Of a stretch of DNA of 32,000 bases, positions 9,553 to 18,821 are shown in pieces (within the stretch, counting starts at the first letter, position 1; each line of letters starts with the position of its first letter). A program made the translations under genes and the position numbers. The notes below the pieces were generated by a model. It was not told the DNA's origin. It saw only the letters and a list, made by a program, of their open reading frames with translations, and did no database searches. The stretch is from Patescibacteria group bacterium. Its GTDB lineage: Bacteria; Patescibacteriota; UBA1384; XYA2-FULL-43-10. Location: NCBI GenBank assembly GCA_041674405.1, contig JBAYVT010000004.1, positions 60,001 to 92,000 on the forward strand, read 5' to 3'.

Positions 9553-10662
9553 TTACCAGCCAAAATCTTTATTTAATGCAGGATCGCTATCTGGATCATT
9601 TGTGGCTTTCGGGTTCACTGGTGGATTGTTAGGTTGGGGAGGTGTTTGCCTGTTCTGTGGCGGTTCATTAATACTTGTGCCGGATTCTTGTGATTGCGCT
9701 TTAGTTTGGGTTTCCGCAGTCTGGCTTTGTGGTGTGGCCGGCTTCTCTTGCGCCTCTGCTGCCGGTGGAGCCGGTGCGGTGCTCGGTGCGTTGGAAGAAT
9801 TTGTGTTTGCGGATACCGTATTGTTTGAAGTCGTCGGCGCTTTCATGTCTCTTTCTGCGTTTTTTTCTATCGCCTGTTGTCTTTCTTCCTGTTCCTTTTT
9901 CTGCTGGGCATTAACTATTTCTGTGTTATCGATTGTAGATTCATCTTCAATCTGGCTGGGCTCGAGAGCCTCGTCTTCTTTGTCTTTTGTGTGTGTAACA
10001 AAAGCTGAGGCGAAAGTATTTGCTTCTTCTGCAAGCCTTTCCTTGCCGGCAACCTCGGGATTGTACGTGCTGTAAAGAAGCTCAATCACTTCTTGTGTAT
10101 TTAGTTGCTTGCAATGTAATCCGATCGAGCCGAGGCCCTGGGCGACGGTAGTAGCGCGCTGCTTTAATTCGGTTGTGTATCGGGCATAGTCTTCTTCGGA
10201 AACCCTGAGCTGGGCAGTTTCATTATTCTTTTTGAAAAGCTTATCCAATATTCCGCCGTTATTTGTGACCAATGGCTGATAACCGACGGTTACGTAAAAA
10301 GTTTTTTTCATAATATTGGCTAGGTTGATAAGCTGAGAGACGAAGTCGACATAATCTTCTGTTTGCAACTTCAAAAGCTCGTTTTTCTGTTTTTCCGCCA
10401 ATTTCTTAATCTTGTTTAAATATGGGGTCAAATCCAGTTTTTTTGATGAAATCAAAATCTCAATCGGAAAATGAAGCGAATTTAAGAAGCTTTGGTAATT
10501 AAAAATAATGCTATTTTGCTCTTGCTCGCTCTTTAAGTCGAAATTTATAGCAGCAACAGACATGACAATGCGGTATTGCCCGTTTCTCAGAATAACTATC
10601 CCGTCGCGAATGCCTGCGACCAAAACGTTTTCTTGGGTTGTGGGAGCTTTGACGGTAGCCAT
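9553..10662 (-). CDS. VirB4/TraC N-terminal-like protein with Q/P/N/T-rich C-terminal tail
   Basis: N-terminus (VLVAGIRDGIVILRNGQYRIVMSVAAINFDLKSEQEQNSIIFNYQSFLNSLHFPIEI) resembles the N-terminal domain of TraC/VirB4; located directly upstream of the ATPase ORF. Confidence 0.7.
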   Translation of the reverse strand: MATVKAPTTQENVLVAGIRDGIVILRNGQYRIVMSVAAINFDLKSEQEQNSIIFNYQSFLNSLHFPIEILISSKKLDLTPYLNKIKKLAEKQKNELLKLQTEDYVDFVSQLINLANIMKKTFYVTVGYQPLVTNNGGILDKLFKKNNETAQLRVSEEDYARYTTELKQRATTVAQGLGSIGLHCKQLNTQEVIELLYSTYNPEVAGKERLAEEANTFASAFVTHTKDKEDEALEPSQIEDESTIDNTEIVNAQQKKEQEERQQAIEKNAERDMKAPTTSNNTVSANTNSSNAPSTAPAPPAAEAQEKPATPQSQTAETQTKAQSQESGTSINEPPQNRQTPPQPNNPPVNPKATNDPDSDPALNKDFGW

Positions 10663-10664
10663 GC

Positions 10665-11084
10665 TTACCTCGTTGCAATATTATTATTTGAAGAATCCAG
10701 CGATTTTGCCATTCTTTCCATCTGCTCGCGGGTTATGTGTTTGGATTCGACATGCGTAGCCGATTCCTTTTCTGGATTTTTGTAAACTTCCACGTCAAAC
10801 CCTGATTCTTCTCTTTGCCAAACGCGCATCCTTGGTTTGCCCATAAAAACAAACAAAGAAGCAAGAAAATGCAAAAAAGGCCGTTCGTTAATTTTAAGAA
10901 ATATCAGAGCCAATGTAAAAAGTGCAACCATTATAGCTAAAAACAAGCCAAACATGTTTGGTATCGACATATAGCAGACATACGCCAATCCGCCGCCAAC
11001 GACAGCATAGACAAACTGAAGCATTGTCAGCGGTCCCAAAATGCGATCCTGCATATCTATATTTTGCGGAACCTTGTAACGCAA
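10665..11084 (-). CDS. PrgI-family T4SS protein
   Basis: YKVPQNIDMQDRILGPLTMLQFVYAVVGGGLAYVCY plus second TM. The RYKVPQ start is typical, so TTG at 11084 is preferred over the track start at 11114. Confidence 0.8.
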   Translation of the reverse strand: MRYKVPQNIDMQDRILGPLTMLQFVYAVVGGGLAYVCYMSIPNMFGLFLAIMVALFTLALIFLKINERPFLHFLASLFVFMGKPRMRVWQREESGFDVEVYKNPEKESATHVESKHITREQMERMAKSLDSSNNNIATR

Positions 11085-11184
11085 TTTCCCTCGCTCCCTC
11101 CTTTTGGAGTTCAAAGGATCGCTAAAAATCTCAAATCAATTGTAACACAATTGATTTGGAAAAAATAGGAAAAATTTTGACCAG

Positions 11185-12675
11185 TTATTCTATCGGTGAA
11201 AGAATGTTCGTTTCATTGGCAAGAGCGCCGAGAAATGCACCGCCAACTGCTAGCAGGCCCGTGCTAGATGCCTGGGATTCCGGAGTTGGATTTTGTTTGT
11301 CGAAACCGCCCCAGCCATCATAATATCCCATTGAATCCAAATCCAGCCCATCAAAATCTTCGCCTAAATGGCCTTTTTCTGATTGGACGATTCTCTTTAT
11401 GGTGTTATAAAAAACTAAGTACGATTCGATTGCGCGGGAGATCCCGGGATGTTCCGTCCTTAACTTTTCTATTGAAAAATTTCCGCCGGCGATACCTTCG
11501 GCAATTTCGGCATATTTTGTACTAATTTCTCCTGATTGATCTGTATCCGATTCACTAATGCCGAGTTCTGAACTGGAGAAACGGCTGAAACTGCCGGGAT
11601 CGAGCTTTTTAAGGCATACCTCTAAAAAGCTCAAGAAGCTTCCATCGCTCTGGAGATAAATGGCAGTGTAATCGGTTACAATTTCTTCTGCTGCCATGAT
11701 TTCGCGCGACTTTGTGAACTTTTCTTCCGACCCCCATTTTGCTTTTTCTGTCGGTGAGAGTGAATTATATTCCGATTTTTCCAAGCTCTTAATCACGTTT
11801 CTGACGTGTTGCGGCTGAAAATCAATATAATCTTTTGCATTTCGAATGATTTCTTTTGCCTCTCTAAGCGAAATCTCGATCGGAGAATTGGCATTTTCTT
11901 CATCTGCTTCGGATTCTTTGTGTTTTGCGACAGCGACTATTCCGTGGGATATCTCGTGGTCGATCATTTGAACAAAATCCAAGCTCAGGATTTTTCCTTC
12001 GGAAGTTGCAAAATTATCTTTCAGGGCAGATCTCGAGAGTTTGATAACCCCTCCCCCAAAAGACATAATCCCTTCATAACCAGCCGAGGCTCGAGATTCG
12101 TCCTCTAAACTATCGGATATTTCAACATTTTGAACGAGTGTACAGACATCATTAGCGGTAAGGTGCCCATTGATTATCGGGAGAGATAGGGCATAAAGGA
12201 TCTCTGTTTTTTTACTCAATACTCCCGAATACTCAGGGTTTTTTGATAACTCGGAAATAGCGGCATCTGAATCTTGAAACAGCGCTTCTGAACGTGCGAT
12301 AAAAATCGCCGTCTCAGTGAGAGCGCTACTAGATGGCGCAGACTCTCCGTATCGCTCTTTTAATATCGCATAAATTTTTTCAATCAGGTAAGAATTCAGA
12401 TTTTCGTCCGATATATGATTGAGGAGAATTGCAAAAACTTCTCTCTTGTCCAGGGAGTGGCTTTTATTTTCGTGAGTCATTCTTTTCGTTGCTTCGAGAA
12501 TAGAGGGACGATTCTGCTCGGTAATTTCAACTTCACCGGAATGATCTATCTCCGGTTCTGCCCCTTCCTGGCCTTCGTTGCCCCCTTCTGGTTGTTCTCT
12601 TGTTTGATCCGCTTCCGAAATTTCTGGCGATTGTCCAGGTGGGCCAGCAGAAGGGTTTGGGGCGTCAGTGGCCAT
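11185..12675 (-). CDS. Uncharacterised protein with HExxH (putative zinc metallopeptidase) motif
   Basis: 496-aa ORF; MIDHEISHGIVAVAKH (HEISH at 11941-11958) and downstream AAEEIVTDYTAIYLQ, which could provide a third ligand. Lies between PrgI and the VirB6-like gene. Confidence 0.7.
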   Translation of the reverse strand: MATDAPNPSAGPPGQSPEISEADQTREQPEGGNEGQEGAEPEIDHSGEVEITEQNRPSILEATKRMTHENKSHSLDKREVFAILLNHISDENLNSYLIEKIYAILKERYGESAPSSSALTETAIFIARSEALFQDSDAAISELSKNPEYSGVLSKKTEILYALSLPIINGHLTANDVCTLVQNVEISDSLEDESRASAGYEGIMSFGGGVIKLSRSALKDNFATSEGKILSLDFVQMIDHEISHGIVAVAKHKESEADEENANSPIEISLREAKEIIRNAKDYIDFQPQHVRNVIKSLEKSEYNSLSPTEKAKWGSEEKFTKSREIMAAEEIVTDYTAIYLQSDGSFLSFLEVCLKKLDPGSFSRFSSSELGISESDTDQSGEISTKYAEIAEGIAGGNFSIEKLRTEHPGISRAIESYLVFYNTIKRIVQSEKGHLGEDFDGLDLDSMGYYDGWGGFDKQNPTPESQASSTGLLAVGGAFLGALANETNILSPIE

Positions 12676-12706
12676 GACAGCCTTTCTTTTTTATCGTCAA
12701 ATTATC

Positions 12707-15421
12707 TTATTCGGGATTTGCGCTTGGTGGTTCTGCGGGGGGAGTCGGAGGGGGAGTCGGTGTTGAATGGGTCTCAGGGCGTGGGGTAGACGGCGCCTCT
12801 ACGGTAGTATTGTTGTTGATCACAGTTGTGTTCTGAACTGGGTTTGGCCGAACCGCATCAACGGCCCTTGCAGGTGATACGCGTGAAGATGCTTTTGCTG
12901 TGGCGCTGCCGATTTCGCGAGCAAGAGATTTTTGGAATCTTTCACTCATTAGTGTTGATGCGAGCGAATCCCCGCCGGAAACCCCCGAAGCAGCGGCAAC
13001 GCTTCCCAGGATGGAACTTGCCTGCATCGGTGAGTACGAAACAGCTGCTCCTCCTCGAGCTGCAGCGGTGGCTTGTGCAACCTGGTTCACATGTTGGGTC
13101 AACGCTTCGATATGATCGGAACCTTCGGCAAAGCCATCGCCAACCGAAATATTCTCAAATTGAGAAGCTAATTGCTTGGTTTGGTCGGCCATGCTCTGCA
13201 TCGATAATCTGGCGGAGGCAGTAGCTTCGGCAGCAGTTCTTAGTTCGGTCTGTTTGGAAGTCTGAAATTGTTTAAGAGAGTCTGACCAGGCTCGCCCTTC
13301 TGTTGAAGTCAGTTGTCCGGAAGCAGCCATTGATCTTGCGTTTACGGCTGCCTGCTGAACCTGTTGAAACGTTGAAGCTAACTTTTGTTTGGCGGCGGGA
13401 TCGCTCGTGCTAATTTTGGGTACTCCCATCTTACTAGCAATTTTGGCCGCCTCTTCAATATCACCAGCCTGAAGCTTGCTTGCGCCTGCGGCAGCATCCT
13501 GAGAAATCAATGCCAGCTTAGACCCTAGACCTTGTGGGGAAACACCGCTCATTTGGCCACGGATTAGCCTCAAACCTGCAATTTGGTCTTCGATTTGTTG
13601 GGCTCCTGCTTCAACCTCTTCGTTAACCATGGAATCACGAGCCTTCCTAACATCTTCAAAGTGTTTTCGGAGTTCTTGTTGCGCTCCAGGACTCATTGCA
13701 GCAACATCACCACCCAATCTTTGAGCCAGTTGGTCAAAATTTTCATTGCTGTGCATTGCGGCACGAGAGACCTGATCAGCCTGTGCACCAGCAAGAGCCC
13801 TAATTCCCTGGCTTGCACCGCTGATAGATGCAGCTTCTGTAGTAGCTTGGGCAGCTGCCTCAATTTCTTCACCAACAGGAGAAGAAAATCCGGAAGCATC
13901 CATGTTTCTGTTTCTTTTTCGCAAAGCTCCGGTTGTAGGATCTCTGGACTCGTCGGTTCGGAATCTCCCTTTTTCTTTACTTACAGCATCAATACTTTCC
14001 CCATTAAAAAATTTCAAGGCTTCATCATGTCCGTCGGCACTGGAATTTCCAGCCCTTCTGGTAAGTTCCTTATACTTCGCCATATATTCCCTTGATTGCG
14101 CCCAACTCATCTTTTTGTCTCTAAATAATTTTCCGTTTTTTCCTGGAGTTGCAACTTCGCCTGTTTCAGGATCGATCTCCATCGCTCCGGCCAACTTAGA
14201 AACTTCTTCATATTGCCAGGTTTTTTGTTCATCGAGAGAATCAGCCCTTAATGCGGCCCTTACTCGACCCTGGGCTCCCTTTGGCAATTTTCCGCTCATC
14301 ATAAGATCAAAGTACCTCTGGTTGAGTGCCTCTTTCTCGTACTTAGCTCTCACGTCCTGCGGAATTTGCTTAGCGGCTTTTCTATTCATCATCATCTTAC
14401 CCAAACGAGTCAGCTGAAAATCTCCTTTTTTATCATGATATCCGATCATCCTGTTCTGGGCTCTGGTTTTGACATTGTCATATTTTTCCTTCGCAAAATC
14501 ACCGGCGTATTTGGCAGCCCGACCGCCTGTCTTATTCCATCCCCATTTGCCAAGGTTGTTCCATGCTGTCATCACGCCTTTACCCATCATTTGTGGAGTG
14601 GTGATGGCAAGATAAAAACATACGCCTGCAAAGAGGATAGATAAAAACGAAAGGCCTGGGTCTCCGTCCGTTAAAGGAGCTAGCCATCTGCCGCCCACCC
14701 AAAGCCAGAAGAGGGACACAACCGGCATAAATGTCCATTTCCAGAACATTTGCCACCATTGATTAAAAACGGACTTAGAGAGGGTTAAGACGCTGGCCAT
14801 AAATGCGAGCGGTGCCAGTGCAACTAAGAAATATAGAACATAATTTCTAACGAAAAAGAAAAATGCCAGAACCAGCACCATTATCGCACCAGCGAATTCA
14901 ACCAAGGTCAAGACAAGAAAAAGGCCTATTTGTTTCCAATTGAGTGCCCCATTTGTTACCAGGGTGCTTTTATCGAAATTAGTAAGGAATGCCCCAGAAA
15001 TTCCATAATCATTATTACCTATTCCAGCTCCACCTGCAGGAGAATTTATCAGCATGCTCATCGCTGCGCTCGACAAGTCGACAATAAAGCGGCAAATCAA
15101 GTAACTGAAGTTTGCAAGAACAACAGCCATCACCAGTGCGGGCAAGAATTTTTTGATCCCGTATGTATTTATGTTTAGCTGTAAAATGTTGGCAAATGCG
15201 ATAAAGATAAGAGCGGCAATCACAACATAATTTACCATGCTGCGGATAGATTCCCAGACCTCTTTGATTGTTGCCGAAGGACCGGTTGTGCCTTGAAGTA
15301 CCTGGTAGAGTAACTCAGCGTGAGCATGAGCTGGAAAAGCAAGCGTTATCACAAAAAGAATCAGGATGATCAAGTTTGCCATAGCCACGATTCGATAAAA
15401 TTTTTGCGATTTTGCACTCAT
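12707..15421 (-). CDS. TrbL/VirB6-like polytopic membrane protein with long soluble Ala/Gln/Ser-rich tail
   Basis: N-terminal ~330 aa with multiple TM segments (MANLIILILFVITLAFPAHA; YVVIAALIFIAFANIL; LFLVLTLVEFAGAIMVLVLAFFFFVRNYVLYFLVALAPLAFMASVL; FLSILFAGVCFYLAI), then ~550 aa of charged/Ala/Gln/Ser-rich sequence ending in a Pro-rich tail. Confidence 0.8.
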   Translation of the reverse strand: MSAKSQKFYRIVAMANLIILILFVITLAFPAHAHAELLYQVLQGTTGPSATIKEVWESIRSMVNYVVIAALIFIAFANILQLNINTYGIKKFLPALVMAVVLANFSYLICRFIVDLSSAAMSMLINSPAGGAGIGNNDYGISGAFLTNFDKSTLVTNGALNWKQIGLFLVLTLVEFAGAIMVLVLAFFFFVRNYVLYFLVALAPLAFMASVLTLSKSVFNQWWQMFWKWTFMPVVSLFWLWVGGRWLAPLTDGDPGLSFLSILFAGVCFYLAITTPQMMGKGVMTAWNNLGKWGWNKTGGRAAKYAGDFAKEKYDNVKTRAQNRMIGYHDKKGDFQLTRLGKMMMNRKAAKQIPQDVRAKYEKEALNQRYFDLMMSGKLPKGAQGRVRAALRADSLDEQKTWQYEEVSKLAGAMEIDPETGEVATPGKNGKLFRDKKMSWAQSREYMAKYKELTRRAGNSSADGHDEALKFFNGESIDAVSKEKGRFRTDESRDPTTGALRKRNRNMDASGFSSPVGEEIEAAAQATTEAASISGASQGIRALAGAQADQVSRAAMHSNENFDQLAQRLGGDVAAMSPGAQQELRKHFEDVRKARDSMVNEEVEAGAQQIEDQIAGLRLIRGQMSGVSPQGLGSKLALISQDAAAGASKLQAGDIEEAAKIASKMGVPKISTSDPAAKQKLASTFQQVQQAAVNARSMAASGQLTSTEGRAWSDSLKQFQTSKQTELRTAAEATASARLSMQSMADQTKQLASQFENISVGDGFAEGSDHIEALTQHVNQVAQATAAARGGAAVSYSPMQASSILGSVAAASGVSGGDSLASTLMSERFQKSLAREIGSATAKASSRVSPARAVDAVRPNPVQNTTVINNNTTVEAPSTPRPETHSTPTPPPTPPAEPPSANPE

Positions 15422-15436
15422 TTGATTCTTGCCTAT

Positions 15437-17329
15437 TTAGTTGCTAGCCAAATTTTCATATTTTCCGGAATTAACCATGTTATTATAAACTTCTGAAAAC
15501 AAAAGATAATTGTTCGCTCCTGTTCCCGCTAAGATGGCCTGGGAAGAGTAAATCGAGGGGACAAGATTCGCGGCTTTAAAAGTTGCAGTCAGCGTAGAAG
15601 TTAAGTCATCCCAGCCCTCAAAGGTAATAGTGGCCGATGAGTTATGTTGGCTATTTGGTATCCAATTTTTGGCTTGGTCTAAGGGTCCGATCTTTGCCCA
15701 AACACTGCCCCGTTGAGTCTGTGCTGCAGTCTTCAGTGCAGAGTACTTCGCAACATTTCTAAATTGAATTTTTGCTCGTAATACGTAGGCATAAGAGCTT
15801 CCTCCGCCTCCTGTTCCGCCTGCGGCGGTTCCGCTATCGGTTGTACCACCGCTAGGTGTACCACTAGTGGAATCCGTTCCAGTTCCGGAGGCTTCAGAGC
15901 TGGCAGGAGAGCTTTGTGGCTCACTGGCCTTGGCGCAGACATCAGTTTTGTTTGCCGAGGCTGATCCCGTTGCCTCGTCAGTGACTCCAAGCGATTTTTC
16001 CATTATTCCAAGTGACCAACAATAAAACGCGTTTGCCCAATTGTTTAGTATTATTGTCAGGCCGCAAAATGCACTAGCGATCATATTTACAATATATGAT
16101 TGGTCCGACACGTCGCATTCAGTTTTTCCGTCATTGGTCGAATTTAATCTTCCAGCATCCCAGAAACCCCTTGGGCCCATAACTAGCTGTAAACTGCAAT
16201 TTTTTGCTGCCGGGTCGCTAATACTTCCGTCAGCTCCAATCGTAACTTCATAATTCTGGTTCATAAAAATTTCCATATTGTTTTCTGTGGCTTGTCTTGC
16301 CTCTGACCAATCTTTGAAACCTCCTTGTGTGGGAGTATCGGGTCGGGTGACACTGTTCGGCTGGTCAGGGTTGTCATTTTTTAAGAAAAATTCCGGCATA
16401 ATTTTATAAGTTCCGGCCGGAAGGCCAGAGAGATCTGCGGACCACTGACCACTGGGTGTTCCCTCATTTGAAATCAAAACATATCCTTTGGAAATATTTC
16501 CCATCGAGGCATTTACATATGTATCAGTTGCAATTTTGAATTGGATGTAAACTGGCACATCTAGTGTCCTTGTGGCACCGGCGTCCATAAAATCCCCCGG
16601 CCATTGGACCTTGTCTTTTGGAGCCAGTTTTTTATCATTCTCAGAAAGTTTGTCCCAATAAACTGATTTCGAAAAATCAATCGCTGCAGTTCCACAGATT
16701 TTAGTACCATTGGGGATTTTTTGGGTATAAAAATTGTTAACTTTTTGGAAAATTCCAGCCACATTGCTATTTTCAGCACCAACTCCACCGTTCATATAAA
16801 AGATATAATCTTTCATGCTTTGATCAAGAGTAGGGAGCTCTTTTGATGAAGTGCCCATGGTACTCGGAAGTACCTCATACGTTTTATTATCAGTCCCCCT
16901 GTGTAACCAGAGGTAAAAATCCTTACCCTGAAGGCTTTCCTTTTTGTACAACCCCAGGGTTTCGGCATTTTTAAAACGAACCCCCAGGTAGAATCCTGCT
17001 TGTCCTTGCATCTGATACATCAAGATGCCTTCGTCATCGGTGATACCCCCTACGGTTGCAACAACAGGTGGTAAACCATTAAATGGTTTACCTGCCTTCC
17101 ATAGCTCACCAGAAATCTTTTGGGGAGATGAAAATTTGTGGCCCGTTTCTGTTGCCCCCAATTTTTCTGTAATAGTTGTGGAGGAAACGTCGAAGTAATA
17201 ATCATATTTTTGGCCTGGTGTGGGAATCATGGCTGCGCGCGCGCGGGGAGTTGTGTATGTAAACAACCCAAATAAGTTTGCTGATAGCAGCAAAACAGAT
17301 AAGGCCAAAGAATAAATTTTTTTAATCAC
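15437..17329 (-). CDS. Secreted 630-aa protein of unknown function in the T4SS block
   Basis: GTG start with upstream GGAGGGG; signal peptide MIKKIYSLALSVLLLSANLFGLFTYTTPRARA; one internal hydrophobic stretch IVNMIASAFCGLTIILNNWANAFYCW. Confidence 0.75.
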   Translation of the reverse strand: MIKKIYSLALSVLLLSANLFGLFTYTTPRARAAMIPTPGQKYDYYFDVSSTTITEKLGATETGHKFSSPQKISGELWKAGKPFNGLPPVVATVGGITDDEGILMYQMQGQAGFYLGVRFKNAETLGLYKKESLQGKDFYLWLHRGTDNKTYEVLPSTMGTSSKELPTLDQSMKDYIFYMNGGVGAENSNVAGIFQKVNNFYTQKIPNGTKICGTAAIDFSKSVYWDKLSENDKKLAPKDKVQWPGDFMDAGATRTLDVPVYIQFKIATDTYVNASMGNISKGYVLISNEGTPSGQWSADLSGLPAGTYKIMPEFFLKNDNPDQPNSVTRPDTPTQGGFKDWSEARQATENNMEIFMNQNYEVTIGADGSISDPAAKNCSLQLVMGPRGFWDAGRLNSTNDGKTECDVSDQSYIVNMIASAFCGLTIILNNWANAFYCWSLGIMEKSLGVTDEATGSASANKTDVCAKASEPQSSPASSEASGTGTDSTSGTPSGGTTDSGTAAGGTGGGGSSYAYVLRAKIQFRNVAKYSALKTAAQTQRGSVWAKIGPLDQAKNWIPNSQHNSSATITFEGWDDLTSTLTATFKAANLVPSIYSSQAILAGTGANNYLLFSEVYNNMVNSGKYENLASN

Positions 17330-17345
17330 ATCCCCTCCGAATACA

Positions 17346-17996
17346 CTATTTGTTCAGCTCGTCTAGATATTTTGTAACATTTTCATTGGTCGGCTCGGCT
17401 AATCTTGCTTTTTGCCAGGATTCTTCTGCTTTCCCCCTGTAAAATTCTCTTGATTCACCCGATATCTCTGCGTCCTTCATCATATAATAATTTGCAAGCC
17501 CCAGATATATCCACGCATCAGCGTAATTTTCGTCCATTTCGGTTGCGGTGGTCGCAACGAGTATTGCCAGGTCGGGTCGGCCGTTTTCAATGTAGGCTTT
17601 AGCATCTTTTACAGCTTCCGATTCATTTTGCGGAACCTTGTTGGCTTCTGAGAGATCGTTCAGCGCATCTATGTCATTAATCTCTCTGAAAAATGGCTCT
17701 AGTTTTGTAATGTCCTTTTCGCTTTCCCTGGCTATAATTGTCCGTTCGTTAGCCTTGCTGCTACCTGCCAGGAACGCTGCTTTGCGGTATTCGACTAATG
17801 CAGATATAAATTTGCGATTTTTCAAAAAATCATCGCCCGAAGTTATATATTTATTTGTACCCGAAACTCTGGCGGGGCTTAAGGCGAAATACAAAATAAC
17901 AATCAGCAACAAGCCTATAACTGACCACAAAGCTGCTTTTTTCCATGATTTCTCCCCGAAATTATGCGGAGGTTTACGGGTGGCTACCTTTTTCAA
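17346..17996 (-). CDS. Membrane-anchored TPR-like protein
   Basis: TM (ALWSVIGLLLIVILYFALSPA); helical repeats KFISALVEYRKAAFLAG, DLAILVATTATEMDENYADAWIYLGLANYYM, EESWQKARLAEPTNENVTKYLDEL. Confidence 0.65.
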   Translation of the reverse strand: MKKVATRKPPHNFGEKSWKKAALWSVIGLLLIVILYFALSPARVSGTNKYITSGDDFLKNRKFISALVEYRKAAFLAGSSKANERTIIARESEKDITKLEPFFREINDIDALNDLSEANKVPQNESEAVKDAKAYIENGRPDLAILVATTATEMDENYADAWIYLGLANYYMMKDAEISGESREFYRGKAEESWQKARLAEPTNENVTKYLDELNK

Positions 17997-17999
17997 GAA

Positions 18000-18821
18000 T
18001 TATCTCACAAAATAAACTATAACGACAACCAGCGCCACGATAACCCTATACCAAGTAAATATGGCGTAATTTCCCTTTTGCAAATATTGTAACAGATATT
18101 TTATTGCAATAAAACCAAATATTGCTGAAGTTAAAATTCCGACAAAAAATCCGGCATCCAACATCCCGGCATCAATGTGGCGAAATTTAAATAGCGAGGT
18201 TCCTAGCATGATTGGGGCGGCCAGAAGGAATGAAAATCTGGCGCTATCTGGCCTGGTCAAGCCTATTGCCCTTCCTGCGGCCATCGTTGATCCGGCTCGT
18301 GATACTCCGGGTACAATCGCCAACATTTGGGCCAAACCAACTAGTAATCCGAGCTTATAGTTTACAGCTTTTAGCTGATAGCTTCTTTTTGCATATCGAT
18401 CAATCATCCAAATAATAATACCAAAGACGGCTAGATTGATAGCAACAAGAAGCGGATTACGAAAAATCGTTTCGGCATTTTTTTCCAAAAGCACTCCGGC
18501 AATAGATCCCGGAATTGTGGCAACAATGATGATCCAAAGAAGATTCTTTGGATAGCTGCTAGCTGTTAGCTGTAAGCTGTCAGCTTTTTCCGACCCGCTC
18601 TTACTTGAGAATGCCGATCGGAAAATATTCACCCAGTCTTTCCAAAAAAAGGCGATGATAGCGAGGAGTGTGCCGAAATGCAGCGCGACGTCAAATGTTA
18701 ATCCGAAATCTTGCCAGTGAAAAAGCCATGGCGTAAGAACAAGGTGCGCGGACGAGGAAATCGGTAAAAACTCGGTGATTCCTTGAATAATTCCAAGGAT
18801 TGCAGGCTGAATTATGCTCAT
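18000..18821 (-). CDS. uppP: Undecaprenyl-diphosphatase (UppP/BacA)
   Basis: Signature GIIQGITEFLPISSSAHLVL and VPGVSRAGSTMAAGRAIGLTR; start ATG 18821 with GGAGG SD, overlapping the PAP2 stop codon (ATGA-type). Confidence 0.95.
   Translation of the reverse strand: MSIIQPAILGIIQGITEFLPISSSAHLVLTPWLFHWQDFGLTFDVALHFGTLLAIIAFFWKDWVNIFRSAFSSKSGSEKADSLQLTASSYPKNLLWIIIVATIPGSIAGVLLEKNAETIFRNPLLVAINLAVFGIIIWMIDRYAKRSYQLKAVNYKLGLLVGLAQMLAIVPGVSRAGSTMAAGRAIGLTRPDSARFSFLLAAPIMLGTSLFKFRHIDAGMLDAGFFVGILTSAIFGFIAIKYLLQYLQKGNYAIFTWYRVIVALVVVIVYFVR
18357..18386 (+). repeat. Second, shorter heptamer-periodic array in uppP (AGCTTTT AGCTGAT AGCTTCT preceded by related units)
   Basis: Direct reading of TAGTTTACAGCTTTTAGCTGATAGCTTC; encodes KRSYQLKAVNYKL. 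Confidence 0.6.
18556..18590 (+). repeat. Heptamer array in uppP (TAGCTGC TAGCTGT TAGCTGT AAGCTGT CAGCTTT)
   Basis: Direct reading; minus-strand product SEKADSLQLTASSY. Confidence 0.8.

Noticed and set aside
9482-10075. Plus-strand 197-aa ORF with valine/cysteine/glycine-rich product
   Set aside because: Antisense shadow of the Q/P/N/T-rich tail of the VirB4 N-terminal-like gene.
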